Shown piece by piece: positions 13,844-27,200 of a stretch of 64,000 nt of DNA (position 1 is its first letter; each line of letters begins with the position of its first letter). Origin of the DNA: Sphagnum compactum (lineage: Eukaryota); assembly GCA_965153455.1 (NCBI GenBank), contig OZ234494.1, positions 11,346,001-11,410,000 on the forward strand, in the 5' to 3' direction. The notes beneath the pieces are model-generated. The model did not search any database, was not told the DNA's origin, and worked only from the letters and a program-made list of their open reading frames with translations. The translations under genes were made by a program, and so were the position numbers.

Positions 13844-16578
13844 TTATCCTCTCCTCAAGCGACATCTTCCAGATGGAGCCGGTTTGTTAGGATACCGTTG
13901 GTGAAACCGATTAACTAAGTCTTGGGCATGAACTAGGTTTCCAACAGGCTCCCAAGTAGCTTCACAAGGAGGATAACCTCGCCAAAAGACAAGGTACAGG
14001 AGCTTTCCACGAATCTTCTTGGAGTCCAAGACCTCCTGAACTTCAAACTCTTCTTGGCCTTCAATTTCGACTGGAGCTGGGGGTTCTTGATGACGTTCTG
14101 GGATCGGGTTTTCATGATAGGGCTCAAGCAGGGAGACATGGAAAACATTGTGGATTTTGAACTGGGGTGGAAGCTCCAACTGGCAAGCCACTAGACCAAC
14201 CAATTTGGCGATTTTGAAAGGTCCGAGGCGCTTGTAATCCAACTTGGCACATGGGCGAGTGGTAGCAATGTTCTTTCTGAGAAGCCAGACCTTGTCTCCA
14301 ACCTTGAAGTTTGGATGGTCCTTGCGTCGGCGGTCTGCTTGCTTCTTTTGCCACTCCTGTGTTAGCTTGAGTTCTGCCATAAGGTTCTGTTGAACCTGTC
14401 CAAGCTTCGTGGCCCTTTCTTCAGCCGAGGGGTTTACGGAGTCTCCAGGAATTTCAAGGCTGAACCTGGGATGAAAACCGTAATTGGCAAAGAATGGACT
14501 GATCCCGGTCGATGCATGTGTTGTGTTATTATAAGCAAACTCTGCTTGAGATAGTAGGTCCAGCCAGTCGTCCTGTTGGTAGTTCACAGTGCAGCGAAGG
14601 TATTGCTCGAGTGTCTGGTTTGTCCGTTCAGTTTGTCCATCTGTCTCAGGGTGGAAAGCTGAAGATAGCCGAATGTCAACTCCAAGAAGCTCGAATAGAC
14701 GATGCCAGAACTTGGATGCAAACTGAGGACCTCTGTCGGACACAATTTCCTCGGGGAGTCCATGCAGTCGGACGATCCCGTCCAGAATTAACTGAGCTGT
14801 CTCTTCTGCCGTGATTGACTTGGAACAAGGGGTGAAATGGGCCATTTTGGTGAGTCGATCGACCACAACCAGTATTGAATTCTTGGTTCTGACAGTAGGG
14901 AGGTCCGTGATGAAGTCCATTGCAATAGATCCCCAAGGTCGACTAAGAATCGACAGAGGCTGTAGGAGTCCAAACGGGCAATGCCTGGGAGCCTTGGATC
15001 GAGCACATGTATCACAAGACTTGACATACTCCCGTAGCATCTTGTTCATTTTGGGCCACCAGTAAGTCCTTGACACTAGTTCGTGAGTCCGTGCCATTCC
15101 AAAGTGACCCGCCAGGGTGTTGTCGTGGCATTCTCTCAGGATTTTTAGGCGTATAGGTCCTTCGGGTACATAAATCAGGTTATTTCGAAGGAGAAGTCCG
15201 TCTTGCTGCTCAAACTGATCCAAGTCATCACGATTTGGGTTCCTTGATTGTTCCTGGAGTTCCTTCTTGATGTTGGTAGCCCAGGTGTCTTCCTTAGTTG
15301 CCATCTTGATGTCCCTGACAAGGTATGAGTCTGGGATGGTGCTAATTGTTGCTGCAACTCGAAATTGCTCGGGGTTGAGTAAAGTCTGGTTCTGCTGGCC
15401 GTAGGCCTCATCCCCCGCTCGAAGTTCAAATTCTGAACGACGAGATAGCGCGTCAGCTTTCCCTTGCTGGGTGCCGGGTTGATACTGAATCTCAAAGTTG
15501 AAATCAGCTAGGAAGATAGACCAGCGTGCCTGGCGACAATTTAAGGTCCGAATAGTTGTGAAATAAAGGAGATTCTTGTGATCTGTCAGAACTTGGACTC
15601 GATGTTGAGCTCCGGCAAGATACGGTCTCCACTGCTCGAATGCTGTGATGATTGCCAGGAGTTCCTTATCGTAGACCTGGTAATTGATTTCGGCACTGGT
15701 TAACTTCCGTGAATAGAAAGCAACTGGATGCAGCAACCCATCTATTCCAAATTGAGATAGAATAGCTCCCAAGGCAAAATCTGAAGCATCCGTTTCCACA
15801 ATGAATGGCTTGGCAGGATCGGGATGTATCAGGATGGGTGCAGAGGTGAATGTCATCTTGAGAGTATCAAAAGCAGCCTGGGCCGTTGGATTCCACGAGA
15901 AGGGCTTGTCTTTGCAAGTCAGGGTTATTAACGGTGTTGTGATCTTGGAGTAGCCTTTGATAAACCGGCGATAGAAGTTGGCAAACCCTAGGAAGCGTTG
16001 AACGTCCTTGACCGAGGATGGAGTAGCCCAACACTGGATGGTCTCGACCTTTGACTTGTCCATGAAAATGCCATCTGGAGAGATCACGTAGCCGAGGAAC
16101 GCCACTGAAGATTTGTTGAATTCACATTTTTCCAACTTGGCGTATAAACCATGCTCCCGGAGCGTCGCAAGCACCAATTGTACATGTTTGTCGTGAGTTT
16201 CCTGGTCCTTGGAAAAGATTAAAATGTCATCCAAATAGACCATGACAAATTCGTCCATGTAATCCCGGAAAATATCATTCATCAGATACTGAAAGACTGC
16301 GGGTGCATTGGTGAGGCCGAAGGGCATGACCGTGTATTCGAAGTGGCCGTAGCGTGTGCGGAAAGCTGTCTTCCATTCATCACCGGGGCGAATCCTGAGT
16401 AAGTTGTAGGCTCCACGGAGGTCAAGCTTGGTGAAGATCTTCCCGATACGTAGTCAATCTAGGAGACCTGAAATCAAGGGCAAGGGATATCGATTCTTTT
16501 TGGTTATCTTGTTGAGTCCACGATAATCCACACAGAGTCGAAGGGAGCCATCCTTCTTCTTGACAAACAAAACTGGTG
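13844..16578 (-). pseudogene. Truncated pol: reverse transcriptase, RNase H, integrase and chromodomain
   Basis: The frame starts [22 protein letters not shown] with an in-frame TGA at 16454-16456. The 827-aa ORF 13844-16327 then contains YLDD, RNase H ETDASD, an HHCC zinc finger, the integrase core (MDF...SDRG...ERTN) and a C-terminal chromodomain FEVQEVLDSKKIRGKLLYLVFWRGY...TWEP. gag and protease are absent. Confidence 0.95.
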
Positions 16579-16774
16579 TTGATCTGCTTAAGGGTTGTTC
16601 CCCAGACTATCTCCTTTTATAACCCTGAGCCATACTAGTCCCAAAATATCCTAGGCCATGATATTGCCAAAAGTATCCCAAAATATCCTAGGCCATGATA
16701 TTGCAAAAAGTATCCCAAAATATCCTAGGACATGACATTGCCAAAAGTATCCCAAAATATCCTAGGCCATGACA
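16571..16774 (-). repeat. 5' LTR, lacking its 63-bp inner (U5) end
   Basis: 203/204 nt identical to 13640-13843 and joined directly to RT-coding sequence. Confidence 0.95.
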
Positions 16775-19700
16775 CTTGGTTTGTAAGCATAAACACAAAA
16801 AATGCAAAATGGGCTTTTAAAAATCTACTAAACATGTTTTTTCACATTATTATTTCCTGCACATGTGACATGCATCTAAAGCTAGAAATTTTGAACTTAA
16901 TGCATATAAAAAGTAGTCAAATTATTTAATAAAAGAATCATTTCCTTTGTAGCCGTTTATTTCAAAATTTCAAAACTTTGAAATTTTCATGTGATTTTAT
17001 TTTTCATCAAATTAAATAATGAACATGTAGTTGCATAAAGGGAAACATGTTTTTCTTATATAGAAAGTTTGAAATCAATTACATCATTTTATGCATTTCG
17101 TTGCATTCCTTTAACAAAAAAATGTAATATGGACACTTGACCATAAATCAATCAAAGGATTCAAAAGGAATTCTATACAACATCTAATAATAATTGGATT
17201 TTTTTTATAATTTTTTTTTCAATACTCTAATTATAGGAATACAAAAATACACCATAGTTGTAATATACGAGACACCATGAAAATCTAAAATTGCCCTTTA
17301 GGATACAATCACAATCAAACGAGCCTAAAAGCACAAAGGCAACCGCTAAAACTCAATAAAAATTATAATCTTGTTAGATATATTTTTGTGGTGCCACTTT
17401 AATGCCATGTCAATCGTGGAACGTTGTGTTAAATGACTAATATGAATGTTGAAGAATTCAAAAAAAAAATTCAAAAAAAATTATTTTCGATTTTGGTTTT
17501 AGTAAAAAACCTTTGAATTTGAACAACAATTGCATCAAAAGCAGTCAATTTTGTAAATTACTAAATTAAAAATTCTCTTTATAAAGGAATTTTGATGAGA
17601 AAAAAATTGAGATGATGTTAATTGATTATCCACACTCAAAAAACAATCACAATTTGAAAGTTGTGAAATTTGAAATTTTTAAAAATTAAAAATCTATTGA
17701 ACAGAATTTTAAAATTTCAAGAGTCCTTTACCACATGTAAATGGGGTGTAATGTACATGACATCTAAAACAAAGTTGTAGTTTATGAAACAAAAAATAAT
17801 TAATTAAATAATTAACATATTTTCATACAATTTGAAATTAAGATAATTTTTCAAAACGAAATGTAAAACTTGGTAGAATTTGTACACTTAAAAAAGATTC
17901 TTAGTTATTCATGAAAAATTAATACAAAAAATGTGATGAATTGAAAAAATTATATGTATTTTTAGTAACATATTGTAAAAGATTTCATCCCAAAAGTCCT
18001 TTCTATGAGAAAGTGAAAATGACCACAAAAAGGAGTTGCAAATGGTCATGGGTTCATTCATGGTTGGGGTTCCAAAAAGGAGTGTTTAACTAAAAAAGGA
18101 TTAAAAGGTGCAATCACAATCAAATGAGCCAACGGAGATAAAGGACTCAAGGATTGCAATCGATGTATTTTTACACCCATGAATGCTATCGGATAAACTA
18201 CATGAGTTGCAAGAAATGCAACTCACCTTATATACAATCACACTCTAGTGCAACTTGTTGCAACTCAATTGCAATTTTGTCACAATTATTTTTCAACTAC
18301 TATGCAAATCTCTTGTGACTACAACTATAATGTCATGATGATGTCATTTTACATCCATTCATCAAATTTTAACACGTGGCACTATGAGGATTTTTTGGTG
18401 ATTTTTTAAAATAATCATAGGACTAGATGAATTTAAGATGGTCATAAATTATGACACGTGGCACAATAAAAAATTGTCATGTGGCATATTAATTAAAAAT
18501 TGGTTATATATATATATATATATAAGTACCTAGGTAGGTCGGTACATAGCCATAGGTAGGTAGAAAAGTAAGACCTATTTCTTTAGGTAGGCAAATAGGT
18601 AGGAATGTAAAAAGATAGGTGAACTAAAAAGTAACCACATCAAATTTTTAAATTTTTTTTGTGGTTTTTTTTTAGGGTTAAATTTTTATGAGCTCATCCC
18701 AACATGGCACATGTATTTTAATGTGATAATACAAGAAAAAATGCCTCCTTTTATATAATTTGTGAAATGAAATCTTGAGGACAAAGCATATGGGTTAAAT
18801 ATTTTAATTGCACCTTAGTTGCAATTGAGTTGCAACTACAAAAAACATTTCCCATGTGCTTTGTGTTTGATTTTAATTTTATAATTAATCTGAATTTTAT
18901 AATTAATCATCTAACAAAATTATTTGAAATTTAATTATTTGAATTAAATATCTAATAATTAAATATCTAAATTGATTTGAATTAACTAATATATTTAAGA
19001 TAATTAGTTAGTTAATTAATTCAGATAATTAATTATCAAAATAAGTATGAGATGATTAATTATCAACATAAATATCAGATAAGTAATTATCCAAAATAAT
19101 TATTATGATAATTGATGATCTGAATTCAAATATAATTCAATAATTACTCACCTAAATTTTTAATTTTTATTATCTCAATTATTTTAACTAATTAATCAAA
19201 CTTAGATAATTAGTTAGTTAGTGAATTTAGATAATTAATTATTTGAGTTTAGATATTTATTTATTTATTATCTGAATTAACGAAAAAATAATCATTTAAA
19301 TTTTGTTAATGAATTCATATGAATAGTTTATCATTCAGCTTGATTAATTAGTTCATAGAAATTAAGTATATTACATATTAATTAACAATTAATAAATTAT
19401 TAACAAATAATTCATTATGAAATAATAAATAACAAACATGAATTTGAATAGAAGACATCAAGGTATATAAAGACATATCCATATCAACACCCTTATTAAA
19501 TGTTTAATAGAATATACACGTTGCCTTTAATTTCACAAAGTTTTTGAATTAAAATTGATTAATTTAAATTAAGGGCTAGTTATTTAATCTAGTTTTTAGT
19601 TCAAATAACTAAATAAATTAAGTCATAAATTAGTATTTAATATTTAGTAAATTATTTCTAAATATTATATATTAAATATGTCACAAAATGCAACCGTTGT

Positions 19701-22700
19701 GGGTGCCAAGGAACTATTTCCAAAATAATCACCTATAATTTTTCTAGGCTACATGAGCAAGGGCAAAATTGATAATAATTTATGTAACATTGGGATCCAA
19801 TTTGAAATATATAAAATTCACATTTTATATGGATAGTGCATTGTTAGTATTTTATTAGTGGCCAAGTAATCGCACCATATCTAATTGTAAAATAGTGCCA
19901 ATATTATGGCCCCATAATGACACATATGTAACAGCTAGTGGCATCCAAGTGACCATGTAGTGGTATAATTGTGGTGCAATAGACTTGGCACAATAGTGGA
20001 CAACTAGTAACATAATAATGGCCAACTAGCTACACAAATAAATTTCATAGTTGAAAACCAATTACAAGGTTTGTACTTAATGGACGGTGGGAATGCGGAG
20101 ACATGGTGTAATTGCACGTATGAAAACTCTCCACTAATTGCAGAAAAGTTGTTCAATGTGTAACTCATTTTTAACAATCCTAACTAAGTTGCGCATTACA
20201 ACTACACTTCAACTCTTCAAAAAGTCAAATGTAATTGACTATATGTGTAAATACAATGGGTATCAATTACCATATATGAAACACATTTAGAACTACGATG
20301 CAACTATCAAACAACTAGTTTATTTTTTAATGTGAAAATTTATTTATTAAATCATCATATTTATAAAGTGTAGTTGCATAGGATTACACTTTGAAAGACA
20401 TAGTTGCAACACAGTTATACTTGAGTGGTTTTTGAACTTTAGTTGTAAGGCAATGTGGTCTTTACGTACACGATTTTTCATAGTGAGTGTTCACATGTTG
20501 TTGTGCGCCTGATTTCAGAATTTGAGCGTTAATTCCCAAGTCAAGAATTGATGAATGCCACAAGCATCATATATCCTTAATACTAGTTGAACACTTCTAT
20601 TGAAGACATTTTTTAGGGTCATTTGACTGTATTAAAAGCTCTTTATTTTTGAAAAAACTATTGGCTTATATTTTGATTAGGTGAAGATCCGAGCTTTCCT
20701 CAATGAAAGCAAATTTGATCTTGGAGCATTTTTCTTCAAGATTACTATGTAAAGCAACCATGCAGCTTCTTTGGAACTACCAATCCTATGTAACCTTATC
20801 ACCCAGTTGTAATCTAAACTGGCATCCAACACCCTCTTACAACATTGATTGTTGAAATATTTTGCTTTAGTAGAGCTACTTGTAGTTATGATTTTGGGTA
20901 GTGTAGAAAACGAACGTTGTTTCTCCACATTGTCATTCATGAAATCCAAGCTGCAAAATAGACTAACTACCTATCTAGATTTGGTTATGAAGATGTTTGC
21001 ATAGGAACATTATAGTTTGGATACTTTTCCTTTGGGGATGCTATCAAGGATTGGACTGATAATAAGGTGAGGTATGCAACTAAATCTTAGATTTTTTGGT
21101 TGTATTACCATTAAGACTTGGTGCAATTTTTGAATTGTAGCTCCTATGGTAGTTGATTGAAGATTTATAATGTAATTTAGTTTGGTACCAAATGTATGTA
21201 TGCGGCTTATTTGCAAGCTTCGTAGGCATAAAATATAAATCATGGAAGGGAGGTCTAGATCTACACCTCATTTTCATTGTTGGTTAATTTTCATTGTATA
21301 CATTGCATGTGTCAATCATTCCTAGTTTTTTTTTTTGGGCCTCTTATTGTTGTGCTTTCCAAATGTTTTTGAGCAATTAGGCTATGTTGTTTCTGTATTC
21401 AACCATTGGATTATTAATTTTTGCATTGGCATAGGCTACCATGTGGGTTTGCAGGTTAGGTTCTAATGTGAGTGGATTGTGTAGGTCTAAGTTGGGCTGC
21501 AGTGGGCAAGATTCATAAGGATCGGGGTTCTAACCCCCTCAGTTCTTTGGGTCTATGTTGTTTTCTTAATATTTTTTGCATTTGAATCTTCTGTTGTTAC
21601 TTGTTTTTCATACTATAATTTCATGTTGTGTTTCTCCACATTGCACTATGGCAATTTCCATTAAAACATTGATCTAAAAGCCACATTTCTATTTCAACCT
21701 TAAGTTGATCACTTTAATTTCTATTTCAGTCTCTAACTCATTGCTGCTCAAACTACATGGTTTCGCCAATAAATTTTATAACATGCTTTTTAGCCTCACT
21801 GTCCATTTCAAGTTATTAAGTGACCTGTTGAAGTGGGCAAAGTTGGGTACCGATTAACAAAACTGGGTATCAATTTACAACATTTCCAAGATTTCATTCT
21901 CACAAGACTTGATTTAATGAAGAATATGAACAGCAATGAAAGCGCCCCCCAGGAAAATCCAAAACTTGGCATGAAAGTCCCCTGAGAACCATTATAATCG
22001 AAAAACAGTTTGGTCCTCTCTCTTTTGTTTTCCAGTGCACTGTTTCATACTGAATTATGGTTCCACCCCTGGTTTCAACAAAGCTGGGGTGCGATAGCAC
22101 AAGTTCAGGGTACTTTAGGGTTTAGGGGACCTCGGAAGTGGAAGATGGTTGGCTTTGTAGTAAAAAACATGAAGTGGAATGGGGTATCTCAGAAAACCCG
22201 AGAATTTGGGTACTTCCAAATTGTTGCCCAACAACTGTTAACACCATTTTCCAACTACAAGATCACCCATCCATGAAAGAAAGAACAGACACTTTACGTC
22301 AGTGAATGAGATGCCAGCCCACCAGTCACCATGGTCCTACACAACAGCCACTAACTAGGGCATGACATTCAACACTCTTGCTCAAAATGAGCCAAACTTT
22401 CTTAAATGAGTACACACAGTAGCAGAGTTTAGTGCAATGGACCTGTAAAGCCACCACACTCCCAAAGGTCTATTTGCCAGCCCCACCACAGTTGTACAGA
22501 CCCCTGCAGTTGGGTCCAGAACCCACAGGAACTCACTGAAAGTCTCTGAAAGTATCTCTCTCACCCTGTTCATGATTAGTAGGTGATTTTCATGGCAACT
22601 GTGCTTTCAGGGGCAAAAGTTGTACAGATAGCCAATAGAGTGGAGGCAGAGTAACTTTGAATCCACACCATAGCAACCTAAAGGCTCTAACCAGTAGGAA

Positions 22701-24247
22701 GAAAATATCAATGAGATTCACAGTCACTCTGCAATAGCACTTGGAAGGTAACATTTGTGTCAGTTCCAGCCAAACCAAAACACGAACAGAACTAGAATGA
22801 GTGCAGTTGTAACCTTGCAAGTGTGGTGAATAAAGCATCAGGCCAGTTGGGGGGAGAAATCTCTAACTTCTGCAGACTTGGTGACAGAAACACCCCAAAT
22901 GAGTGTAACTTTAGTGTTTAGAAGACCCAACTATAGCAGTCAACCCTTGTGAAGAAGTGTAGATTAACAAATGGACTGAGGGCTCCCTAAGGGAGAACTG
23001 TGTAAAAACTCTGCCAAATTCAAGTTCCAACATACCGTTCCATTCCCTGATGTGTTGTGGAAACCCATATAATTAGCCAAAACTGGGTCCTTTCACAAAC
23101 CCTATGCTGCAACCAGGGCCACAGATTGAAATCAACTACATGTGCTGTTGTCTGCAAATGCAGGCAGCAGAATAACATTGGATTGTACACTGGAGTCCCT
23201 CTGCTAAAATCTTCCCCACCAGTCACAGGTGCTGTGTTAAATGGAGCACCCAAGGTTTGAGAGTCTGATGCAGTAGTGTGAGACAAATTCCCTATGAGCT
23301 TGCATACACTGCCGTTCCCAAGAAACAGGCTTCTGTAGCTCCTTCAATCATATAGGTGCAGGCCTTCTTAAGCAACAAGTGCTTTCATTCTCTCAGTCTT
23401 TCAAGAGACCTGCAGAAATGGCAAAACAAAGTCTAGTCAGTGCTGTGAGTAATATCAGATGAGATGACATTTTCCTTTCTGTGACCACCAATGAAAATGT
23501 CTTCCAACAGGAATACAATAAACCCACACCTTCACCTACATTGTGAGAATATATCACTCATAGAGGTGAAACAAATATCTGAAAATGGTAAAAACTAACT
23601 GCATGACAACAGAATGGGTGTTGATAAGAATAGAAACAGATGATTCTATATAGCTACCCATGTTGGAATAGGCTCTCTACTACAGAACACTGAAATGCTT
23701 GAACAACCTTTGCAATGTTGATCAGGATGTTTCAGATGCCTGCGTAACATGTGTCGCCAGATTCCAAACTGTGCTTGCCTCACTTCATGATGATCCAAAC
23801 TGCCTCCCTTGTCCCTCCAACAAAGTTGATGATGGACAATAAAAATACATTCTGGTCATGCTGCCCAGCAAGGATAGGTGCGGACTTGCTACTCATGAAA
23901 TAGAGGAAGCCCGTCAGTCAGCAAATGAAATCCACGAACTTGCGAAGTATTTCCTGAGGAAAAGCAGTGCCATGATGATGGACAATCTGTATGGCAGGAC
24001 ACACCTTTTACATCAATTTGATGGCTTGCAGAGCTGAAGTTTCAGCTACACTCTTCTGTTGACAAGAATGCTGATTTTCAGAACAAACATACCCATTCTC
24101 TGTATTATTTATGTGATAACTACAACCATCATCACAAGTACATAGACCCTGCACCCAGCCCTATGATGCACGTACACACTCTTATTTGAACATGTGAACA
24201 TGACTCCAGAGACAAGACTGCATATAAGCATACTGTAATTACCTGAA

Positions 24248-27200
24248 TTAGGAATTTTCTCCCACAACTGTCTCTGTATGATTTTGTGCCATCCCTACAG
24301 GTTCATCATAACCCCCAAGGCCTGCAAGTTTCAAAAGTGCATGCCGAACTTCACCCACACAACGAGAATTCACAGGCTTTTCATCTGTATTGTTCCTCCC
24401 ATTTTCAGAATCCTCAAAGGCATCAAGAAGTGCTACCAGAGTTGAGCTCCTAATTTTCTCAGACCTGATGAGGAAACAAAAAACATAAGCATCAACATCT
24501 GCAAAAGCAGGCAGTATTAATTACACAGAATATGGCATTGACTCCCAAGTGTCAAACCACTATGAGCCACATTCTGAGGATTTTCTCATCCATTCACATC
24601 TGACAGTGAAGAGCAAATTTTCAGTTCAAACAAAGCACTTCTTCAGGTAACCAAGCTTGTAACATGGCATTTATGGTGGTCATAACAGATTTCAAGCAGG
24701 ATACTTTCAAATCATATATATGAAAATGCAGAGAAAACTAGACACTTCAACACTGTATCAGTTCTAATCAAGCCAAAACAAACATGACAAGAATGGGGGT
24801 GGTAATAACTTTGTGAGTGTTGCTCACAGAGTCTCAGACCATCACCTTTTCTCATTCATGTCAGCAACTAGCTACCATTACTCTCCACTGAATTTATCAG
24901 CCCCCAGTAGTAGGTATAGATATATGTATAATAATCTTATCGAAATTTTGAACAAACTGTAACACAAGAATCTGTGTTGTCCTGAGTTTCTGTTGTATTT
25001 CCAAAAGTATTAGGAAGACTTGGTCATGATGTCAGCTAGAAGTCAAGATGCTAGCTAGTCAAAAAAGTCAAAGGATGCTATCAATCATAATCCTGTAAGA
25101 ATCCACACACAAGCAACATGGTCACAGCACAGTCCTGAAGGTTGAACACCTCCTCACTTCAATGGCCATAAACTTGCAAACGTTGGGGAAAATGCATATG
25201 GGCAAAACAAACCTTTGGAGCCCAGACTTAGTGTCACTGAAAGCTTCCCCCTTCTTGTTATGGCTGTCCTTAAGCTCGCCACTGAGACCTAACTGACGGA
25301 GGCAGGAGAGTAGCAGTGAATAATGAGAAGCCATCCACCCAGCAAGAACCACTGCAACAAATCGGCCAAATTTGGGCGAGAGGGAAAGAACTGTGTTCAA
25401 TAGAGGCCCTGTTGGGGCTTGTGATCTGAGAAGTGAAATAAGGCCTGATAGTGCATCCAGGTTCACAAGTGGGTTCACCACCCCAAGGCAGATTTTTACC
25501 ACCTGCAACACCACACACATCACAGAGACAACATGTTTCAGGAATCAAGAACAGCTAGTTGAAATTTTCTAACCTGTAAAGAAACTATAAGGGCCAACTA
25601 ACAGATACTACATGCAGATGTAAAGCAAAAAATCCCAATTCTACAGGTGTTTTGAGGATGGACCTGGAGGACTGTGGATGGAGATCCAGCCTGAAGCTCT
25701 GCAACCATTAAGCGCCAGAAATACTGCTGCTCCATGAACTCCCAACTCAATGATGCCTTTGTGAGTCTGGTAAGAGCATCAGACTGGTTGCCCATTACAG
25801 CCAACTCTCCGAGTGTCAACCAAAACTCAAAATTGGAAAGTTCAACGGGATCAACTGTAGTAACCAGCAACTGCACTATGTACTCTTTTCCTGTTGCCAA
25901 GTGCGGAAGATAGCGGAAGACTGAAGGTAAAACTTGTAACAGTCTCTGTGTGTTCCACACTAGACAGGTTTCTAAATGGGTCACAAGACCTGCATCCAGG
26001 CTATCTGCCTCTAATCCTGAATTATTTGACTTTCCTACAGTTGTCACTGCTCCTCCTCCCTCTTCTGTGACCTCCATCAATTTGTGATTGGGAGTGTCAT
26101 TTGTGTCACCTGATGAATGAGGAGGAAAGGCTGTTGAACTCCCACTACATGTTTGCTTTAAGAAATTTTCATATGCTTTGAAGGCATTTGCCACAGCAGT
26201 TTGACTAACAAAGTCTCTAGACTGCAATTTCAAAACACTGTTCCCTACATGTTTGGGTGAGTTACTCTGATGACCAGTCTTAGGCCAACCAAAAGCTGAT
26301 CTGCCTCCTCCATTTTCGTGGATCCCTTCAAAGGGAGTTTCAATAGAGCTTTCCAGGACCTCCCCTTCCTCATCAAAGTCCAAGACCACAGGAGGCCCTC
26401 CTGTGTCAGTTTTGTCTAGTTCTGATCCTCTAGTTGTGCCATCCCTTGGTTCCGCTTCAAGGCTTCCTGTGATACCCTTCAAACCTAGGCTGCTGCATGA
26501 AGAAGTCGCAACCTCCTCAGCAAGCCTATACAGAAGAGCAAGCCATCAAAAAAAAGCCTGAGAGATGAAAGCACCAAAGCAAAGGCTCTTTGTTTATTTG
26601 AAGACCAGAGTGCATCCTCATACACACAATGAAGCTTTGTTTGCACAATTCTTGAAACCAGAAAATCTCCCCCCAACTCCTGAGCAAAACTAACAAAGAG
26701 AAAATTGGATAAGACACGTCATTGCAGGGAAAAAAAAACTTGATTCCATACAATCATTTCAACTCCAGATACAATTGAGGATATATTTTTGAATGTACAG
26801 TTACTCCCACAAAAGTATGTACACCCACAAAGTCTTCGCACCAATTCTTTTCCAATCCAAGGCCACAGATTTTGAAAGGGGTCCACATCTAGCATTAGGG
26901 TGAAGTTGGTGATCTGGTTCATATGGTTTGTGGTTTGACATCCAAACTGCAAAGTTTAGGTTTGAGATCCATACCTAGATACATAACAAAGCAGGCGTGG
27001 ACCAACTGCTAGGCCTTCCCGATGCCATGCCACAAGCAACTGACATAACTGTGGATGGCTGTTCCTCACATAAAGGCGCAGACATGTTGATGTCAGAGAC
27101 ATGTTTTCTTCAAGTTTTAGCTTCTCTGAGGGCAAATTGGTAAGAGGTGAAAACATCTCATACCCACCCTTTTTCAGAATATTCACAACCTGGGAAGCAA

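Larger units (their letters stand above)
13577..16774 (-). mobile_element. Ty3/Gypsy chromovirus (Tcn1-like) LTR retrotransposon, internally deleted
   Basis: TG...CA termini and 5-bp TSD CTTGG (13572-13576 and 16775-16779). Full 3' LTR at 13577-13843, truncated 5' LTR at 16571-16774, and polypurine tract GAGGAGAGGATAA adjacent to the 3' LTR on the minus strand. Confidence 0.96.
13329..20485. mobile_element. Non-autonomous CACTA (En/Spm) DNA transposon
   Basis: Perfect 12-bp TIRs CACTATGAAAAA (13329-13340) and TTTTTCATAGTG (20474-20485), with 3-bp TSD AGT (13326-13328 and 20486-20488). The interior is AT-rich with many GTTGCA/TGCAAC motifs and no transposase ORF. About 3.95 kb once the nested LTR element is removed. 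Confidence 0.92.
11520..21090 (+). pseudogene. Decayed hAT-superfamily (ZNF862/DUF4371-like) transposase, interrupted by insertions
   Basis: Frame fragments include NYDEVTNINNQSWCSMHAY (ORF 12245-12601), HCMAHRTNL (~12626, hAT CxxH motif) and NVKTKWIS. After the CACTA insertion it continues CSHVVVRLISEFER and VLGSVENERCFSTLSFMKSKLQNRL (~20890-20965, hAT C-terminal dimerisation motif). Many stops and frameshifts; element termini not resolved. Confidence 0.85.

Noticed and set aside
10543-21671. Possible hAT termini (TAGTGTTTT at ~10543, AAAACATTG at ~21663)
   Set aside because: The TIR match is poor and the 8-bp flanks do not form a TSD, so the boundaries are not called.
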